Origin: Acidilobaceae archaeon
GTDB lineage: Archaea > Thermoproteota > Thermoprotei_A > Sulfolobales > Acidilobaceae
NCBI GenBank assembly: GCA_038824665.1
Contig: JAWBBK010000001.1
Span: 389,844-453,843 of the forward strand
Reading direction: 5' to 3'
Length of the DNA: 64,000 bases
Under the pieces are notes generated by a model. That model saw nothing but the letters and a program-made list of their open reading frames with translations. It had not been told where the DNA came from and searched no databases. The position numbers and the translations under genes are program-made. Positions 59,690 through 64,000 of the stretch are shown here, in pieces (positions within the stretch are counted from its first letter, which is position 1; the number at the start of each line of letters is the position of its first letter).

Positions 59690-60688
59690 CTACGGCACTC
59701 TCGCTATAACGACCTCTCTGATGAGGCTTCTGTGAACAAATAAGTGCAATCTTTTAAGCAAGATGAGTCCCGCCTTCTCAGCTATAAGCCAAGGTTTAGA
59801 CTCGTAAGGTCCTAAATAAACTATGTGAGCCTCGCTTTTAAGCATACGTAGAGACTCCCGTAAGAACTTTTCTATCAAACTGTCATACCTTTCTCCTCGT
59901 GTTGAGCTAGACCTCCCATAAGGAGGGTCTGTGGCTATAGCGTCAATAGAGTTGTTGGGCAAAGGCATGACTCTAGCGTCTCCTCTAACTACCTTGACGC
60001 ATTCGTCTGTTCCAGAACGTTCTGAGTTATCTCGTGAAGCTTCACACATAGACTTGTCCAGGTCTAAACAGATAGCTCGATTAGCTCCTATACCACAAGC
60101 CTCTATGGCTAAGTTGCCGGTTCCGCAGAAGGGGTCTAGAAAAATTCCTCCTCTTCGAAGTCTAGCTATGTTCACTAAAGCTCTTGAAAGTCTAGGGTCC
60201 ATAGCTCCTGTCACGGTCTTTGCTCTTGGTCTTACTGTTTTCGAAAACTTAAGCTTCACTAAAGGGATCCCTACCGCTACAAGACCTTCGCTGACTATGA
60301 CTCTAACGATCTCTCTCTTCTTATCGCTTGTTGTCCAGAAGGTCTTCATGAAGTTGGACAGAAAATCTTTTCCACATCCCTTAATGCTCTTGACCGTTAG
60401 AACCGGGTTCTCGATATCGACTTCGGCCAGCGCTTTTTTTATTATCTTTTCAGCGTCAGCTACACTTCCATAAGATAAAAGCTCTCCGTACTCCAACATG
60501 TATGCTGATCTTGAGAACATCCTCTGAAGGTCTTCAACTTCAGCTTCAAACAACACAAGACCTTCGGCCTCAGCTATCACTTTAGCGTGAGGAGCTTCAA
60601 TTTCGAAAAGAGCTCGAAGTTCTTCGCGAGAGAGAGACGGACACTCTAAAGAATAAACCACGTAGAACTTCTTCACTGAAAGAGGCAC
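59690..60688 (-). CDS. tRNA (guanine-10-N2) methyltransferase Trm11/TrmG10-like
   Basis: MDPRLSRALVN, LDPFCGTG, IATDPPYGRSS, VHRSLIR. Confidence 0.85.
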   Translation of the reverse strand: MPLSVKKFYVVYSLECPSLSREELRALFEIEAPHAKVIAEAEGLVLFEAEVEDLQRMFSRSAYMLEYGELLSYGSVADAEKIIKKALAEVDIENPVLTVKSIKGCGKDFLSNFMKTFWTTSDKKREIVRVIVSEGLVAVGIPLVKLKFSKTVRPRAKTVTGAMDPRLSRALVNIARLRRGGIFLDPFCGTGNLAIEACGIGANRAICLDLDKSMCEASRDNSERSGTDECVKVVRGDARVMPLPNNSIDAIATDPPYGRSSSTRGERYDSLIEKFLRESLRMLKSEAHIVYLGPYESKPWLIAEKAGLILLKRLHLFVHRSLIREVVIARVP

Positions 60689-61581
60689 CTCTTCAAAGTC
60701 TCAGCCACGAGTTCGCTTATGTCTAGATAGGACACAAGGTCGTTTTGAACTGGAGCCACAGTATTTGAGGCTATTACCTTAGATACGCCTGCTCTTCTCA
60801 ATAGCTCTATGGACCCAGGTAAGTTGAGAAAGTGAGCTACCAGTATGTTGACTCTCTTCGCTCCTTTACTGAGTAGAGTTCTAGAGGCTTCAGCTATGGT
60901 AGAGCCTGTGCTCACCATATCGTCTACTATGAACACCTCCTTTCCTGAGAGGTCTAGCGAGAAGTGTGCCTCTATCCTAACCTCTCCAGTGATTCTGTCT
61001 CTAGTCTTAGAGAGTTGTACGAGCTGAGCTCCTGTAGCTGAGGCAACGCTAGAAGCTCTCTTCAGACCTCCTGCATCAGGAGCTACGACAACACTAGAAG
61101 ACTTTACGCCTGCTACCTCAGCCATGTGTGGAAGCGGATGGACGTTCAGAAGCTCTCCAGGAAAGTGTTCTTTAAGTAGCTCGCTATGAACCTCTATACT
61201 CACAAGCTTCTTAACGCCGACCGAATAAATGGCTTTTAAGACCGCTCTAGAACTTACCGCTTCTCCTTTGAGAAACTGTTTGTCCTGTCTAGCGTAGGGT
61301 AAATATGGGATGTAGAGAACGACCTCTTCTGCTCCTGAGCTATAGAAAGCTTCGCTCGCTAGCAAGGATTCGATGAGACAAACGTCCTGTCTCGGAGGAC
61401 TACAGTCAATTACAGCTACGATCTTAGAGTTAGCGACATTGTCTTCAGCTCTGAGATAGAGTTCTCCATCTGGGAACCTTTTATGAAATATATTGATATA
61501 GTCAAAGCCTGCGACCTGTGCTATGTTTAACGCTAAACTTTTCGCGTGTTCTGTCACCACTCCGACTATCTTAACGACCAA
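60673..61581 (-). CDS. prs: Ribose-phosphate pyrophosphokinase
   Basis: FPDGE, PYLPYARQD, APDAG, IVDDMVSTGST. Confidence 0.94.
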   Translation of the reverse strand: MVVKIVGVVTEHAKSLALNIAQVAGFDYINIFHKRFPDGELYLRAEDNVANSKIVAVIDCSPPRQDVCLIESLLASEAFYSSGAEEVVLYIPYLPYARQDKQFLKGEAVSSRAVLKAIYSVGVKKLVSIEVHSELLKEHFPGELLNVHPLPHMAEVAGVKSSSVVVAPDAGGLKRASSVASATGAQLVQLSKTRDRITGEVRIEAHFSLDLSGKEVFIVDDMVSTGSTIAEASRTLLSKGAKRVNILVAHFLNLPGSIELLRRAGVSKVIASNTVAPVQNDLVSYLDISELVAETLKRCLFQ

Positions 61582-61663
61582 CGCTACCGCCGAGAGCAGA
61601 ATTTAAGAGAGAGCTTAAGCGTTCTGAAGAAGAGGGTGAAGTCTCTCGAAGCTAAACCTCGTT

Positions 61664-62545
61664 ATGCTTGGTCTCTCCTCAATAGAGTCGATTCCCATCT
61701 TTCACTTCATGCCTGGCTCGAGGGTGTTTAGAGTCGTCCTAAGACCGTACTCTTCGCTTCCTCTGGAATGCGACTTAGAAGAGTTAGAGGTCTGTGAATG
61801 GGCTAAAGGACCTGAAGTCTACCCTGGGGTCTCTATAAGAATCTCTCAACTAGTCTCACTGGCTTCTAGATGGTATCACGACCTGGTCTTCTTAGACGGA
61901 ATCGAGCCGCTTGCTGAAGTTCGTGAGACTTTTTCGGAGAATCTCTTCAAACGTCCTCTTTGTGCACGCACACAGGGATTAGTCGATGTGAAGATCCCTC
62001 GCTGGCTGAGCTGTTTACTGATCGAAGATATGAGTCTAATAGGAGGCCCTTCTCTAGATAAGAGAATTGTGGAACTCTTAGAATTATGTAAGTCCTCAAA
62101 CATTCATGTGGAAGTCGTTCTCTACGCGAAAAGTCTCGAAGGCGTTAAGAGTTCTATTAACTTCGAATTAGCGACTAGGTTTAAGATACCCTTCCACATA
62201 GTTTTCGTGAAGCCAAGCATTGAAAGTCTTAGAAAGGTCTACGAAGAGTTTCGAAAAGCTAACCCGTTTATCTACATCCACTCCGAACCATTTTACGAAC
62301 TGGACACCTACTGTGAAGTTTGTGGAACTCTTTTAGCTCAGAGGTCTCGCTATTCGCTCATATCGATAGTTGAAGGCAACGCTTGTCCTAAATGTGGAAG
62401 CGGACTTCCATTTAAAGAAAAGCGAGAAACAAGCTGGAAGAAGGGGGTAATCAAAGCTTTGAGAGGAAGACCTCTGTGGTTTAACGTTCTAGCTCTCAGA
62501 CTTGTAGATGAGACCCCAAAGTCTGAAGAGTCGAAACTAGATTAA
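61664..62545 (+). CDS. AmmeMemoRadiSam-enzyme-like protein lacking the CxxxCxxC motif
   Basis: IESIPIFHFMPGS resembles IEKKPLxHFxPGS; GIEPL; C-terminal TYCEVCG...CPKCG; no radical-SAM triad. Confidence 0.6.
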   Translation: MLGLSSIESIPIFHFMPGSRVFRVVLRPYSSLPLECDLEELEVCEWAKGPEVYPGVSIRISQLVSLASRWYHDLVFLDGIEPLAEVRETFSENLFKRPLCARTQGLVDVKIPRWLSCLLIEDMSLIGGPSLDKRIVELLELCKSSNIHVEVVLYAKSLEGVKSSINFELATRFKIPFHIVFVKPSIESLRKVYEEFRKANPFIYIHSEPFYELDTYCEVCGTLLAQRSRYSLISIVEGNACPKCGSGLPFKEKRETSWKKGVIKALRGRPLWFNVLALRLVDETPKSEESKLD

Positions 62546-62634
62546 GGATATACTACCTAGCTCAACAAAAAAATATTTAGCCTGTAGAACTGTGAAAGCT
62601 TGGACGCAAAAAGGATATGTTTGAGGTGTAATTA

Positions 62635-62910
62635 GTGAGGTTCTGTCCTAAGTGCGGTAGCATAATGGCTCCTTTGAAGAAAGATAATGTTGAAATTATG
62701 AAATGTTCGAACTGTGGATACGAGTTGCCGATAACGGATAAAGATAAGGTAGAGATGAAAACAGTAAGTAAAGGAGAGCCTAAAGTCCTCACTACAAAAA
62801 CAGTAAGTAAAAGCACTACCTCTCCAGAAGAGAGAAAAGAAGAACTAGAACAAGCCAAAGACTCGTACTATGAGATAGTTTTAGAAAACATAGGCGAGTA
62901 CGGAGAGTAA
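62635..62910 (+). CDS. TFS/RpoM paralogue with N-terminal Zn ribbon only (TFS2-like)
   Basis: MRFCPKCGSIM...CSNCGY; no C-terminal Zn ribbon or catalytic ADE motif. Confidence 0.75.
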   Translation: MRFCPKCGSIMAPLKKDNVEIMKCSNCGYELPITDKDKVEMKTVSKGEPKVLTTKTVSKSTTSPEERKEELEQAKDSYYEIVLENIGEYGE

Positions 62911-62920
62911 CCTCAGACCC

Positions 62921-62940
62921 TTTTCTTTATCTTCTACTTC
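62921..62940 (+). terminator. Pyrimidine/T-rich archaeal terminator candidate
   Basis: TTTTCTTTATCTTCTACTTC shortly after the stop at 62910. Confidence 0.4.
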
Positions 62941-63025
62941 ATAAATCTCTTGAACGCTGTGAAGCGTTTTATAAAGGCTAGAGAGATGTCCACGTAATAA
63001 ATCTAGCTGAAGCTCTATATTAAAG

Positions 63026-64000
63026 GTGTTAGAGCTGGAATCTCGAATCACGCTTCCACCAAGCGGATGGGGGATTTCTTGTATAATTCAAGACAGTGGT
63101 CGTATAGCTAGCATCGATGCTGGAGTCTATCACTCCTGTGTAGAAAAAGCTGTGCAGAGCTGTCCTCTAACTAGAGTCCTTCCTGACATTCACATTCAAG
63201 CATCGATTAATCCTCTTTACGCTCCTCTTTTCCTCTTAGCGTCTAAAGGCGAGATAAGCAGATGCGTTTTAGCTACGCCCTTGGCTAGCCTCGAGTGCAA
63301 AAGCTTTCTGATCAAAGCTCTAGCTTTTCTTTCGTTAGCGTCTCCACACGTTCTCGACATGACGTTAAAGAGCTTAGTTGAGAGATGTTCTAGCATCAGC
63401 TTGGCGTCTGCAGGGTCCTCTATATCGTTTTCCAAAATCTTGCTCTCAGTGCTTTGGCCTCCTCCTTCAGAACTCTTAGGAGAGTTTTGTAAAAGAGTTG
63501 AGACGTTCCTAAACAAAGTCCTTGAAAGATTTCTCGGAAAAAACGAGTGTAGAGAAGATTACAAGAACAGAGAAGAGACCGTAGCCAAATTTTTCGAACA
63601 GATAGCTGAAAAATCGAGACCTCTTGGAGCTCTTGATGAACAATGGAGATACTCTTCAGTCGAAAGACTAAATCAGCTTTTTTTAGAGTCTTCAGAAGTC
63701 GACATCATCGATATCACTTCATTTATGCCGAAGCCCGTCCTTTCGCTAAAGGGGGTTTTCGGAGAGCTACTTAATATCGTTAATTCTCTAACGTCTCTTA
63801 GCATATTAGTAGAGCCTCTTAGCGATGCATATGTAGAGATAGAAATCAGAAGAGACTTCCAGAAGTACTCTCAACTAAGCATATATAAACCCTTAAGAGT
63901 GAACAGGAAGTCTCCGGTCTTGCTAATTCTCGGACCTTTAGGTCCTAAAGTCACTGATGCGGTGCTATCCAAAATGGTAGAAACAGGAGTCAAGAGAGTT
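63026..64000 (+). CDS. Degenerate MBL-fold (ComEC-like) protein; runs off the window end
   Basis: Frame is open from GTG 63026 to the end; GWGISCII...IDAG, VLWPPP, SLSILVE, LLILG; absent from the ORF track because no stop codon falls in the window. Confidence 0.65.
   Translation, partial: MLELESRITLPPSGWGISCIIQDSGRIASIDAGVYHSCVEKAVQSCPLTRVLPDIHIQASINPLYAPLFLLASKGEISRCVLATPLASLECKSFLIKALAFLSLASPHVLDMTLKSLVERCSSISLASAGSSISFSKILLSVLWPPPSELLGEFCKRVETFLNKVLERFLGKNECREDYKNREETVAKFFEQIAEKSRPLGALDEQWRYSSVERLNQLFLESSEVDIIDITSFMPKPVLSLKGVFGELLNIVNSLTSLSILVEPLSDAYVEIEIRRDFQKYSQLSIYKPLRVNRKSPVLLILGPLGPKVTDAVLSKMVETGVKRV

Noticed and set aside
63217-63516. 99-aa minus-strand ORF
   Set aside because: Antisense shadow of the long plus-strand frame 63026->64000

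Overview
This is a gene-dense core-genome segment of a hyperthermophilic crenarchaeon. Reverse gyrase, Alba, L38e, RadA, AGOG, an Aeropyrum ORC2-type Cdc6, GTP cyclohydrolase III and an archaeal riboflavin synthase point to a Desulfurococcales/Acidilobales-like organism (inferred from protein motifs only). It carries about 65 CDSs for translation, DNA repair, RNA processing, riboflavin synthesis and transport, plus one tRNA-Phe(GAA). I found no CRISPR array, integrase or transposase. The less obvious content is not in the ORF track. (1) Three to five box C/D-type sRNA candidates, one with an unusual split complementarity to both flanks of the 16S 530 loop. (2) A Re-citrate-synthase-like gene whose catalytic N-terminus has no in-frame start codon. 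(3) Two unannotated small ORFs. (4) A 58-bp exact repeat shared by the D1 and D2 domains of cdc48. (5) A divergent pair of RHH regulators, one aCcr1-like. (6) An ASCH-HTH/Zn-ribbon cassette upstream of radA. (7) A JAMM-motif protein in an uncharacterised operon. (8) Several apparent pseudo-enzymes. No clearly novel multi-gene system can be proven from the sequence alone. All family and rRNA-target assignments are from motif recognition and memory, not database searches.
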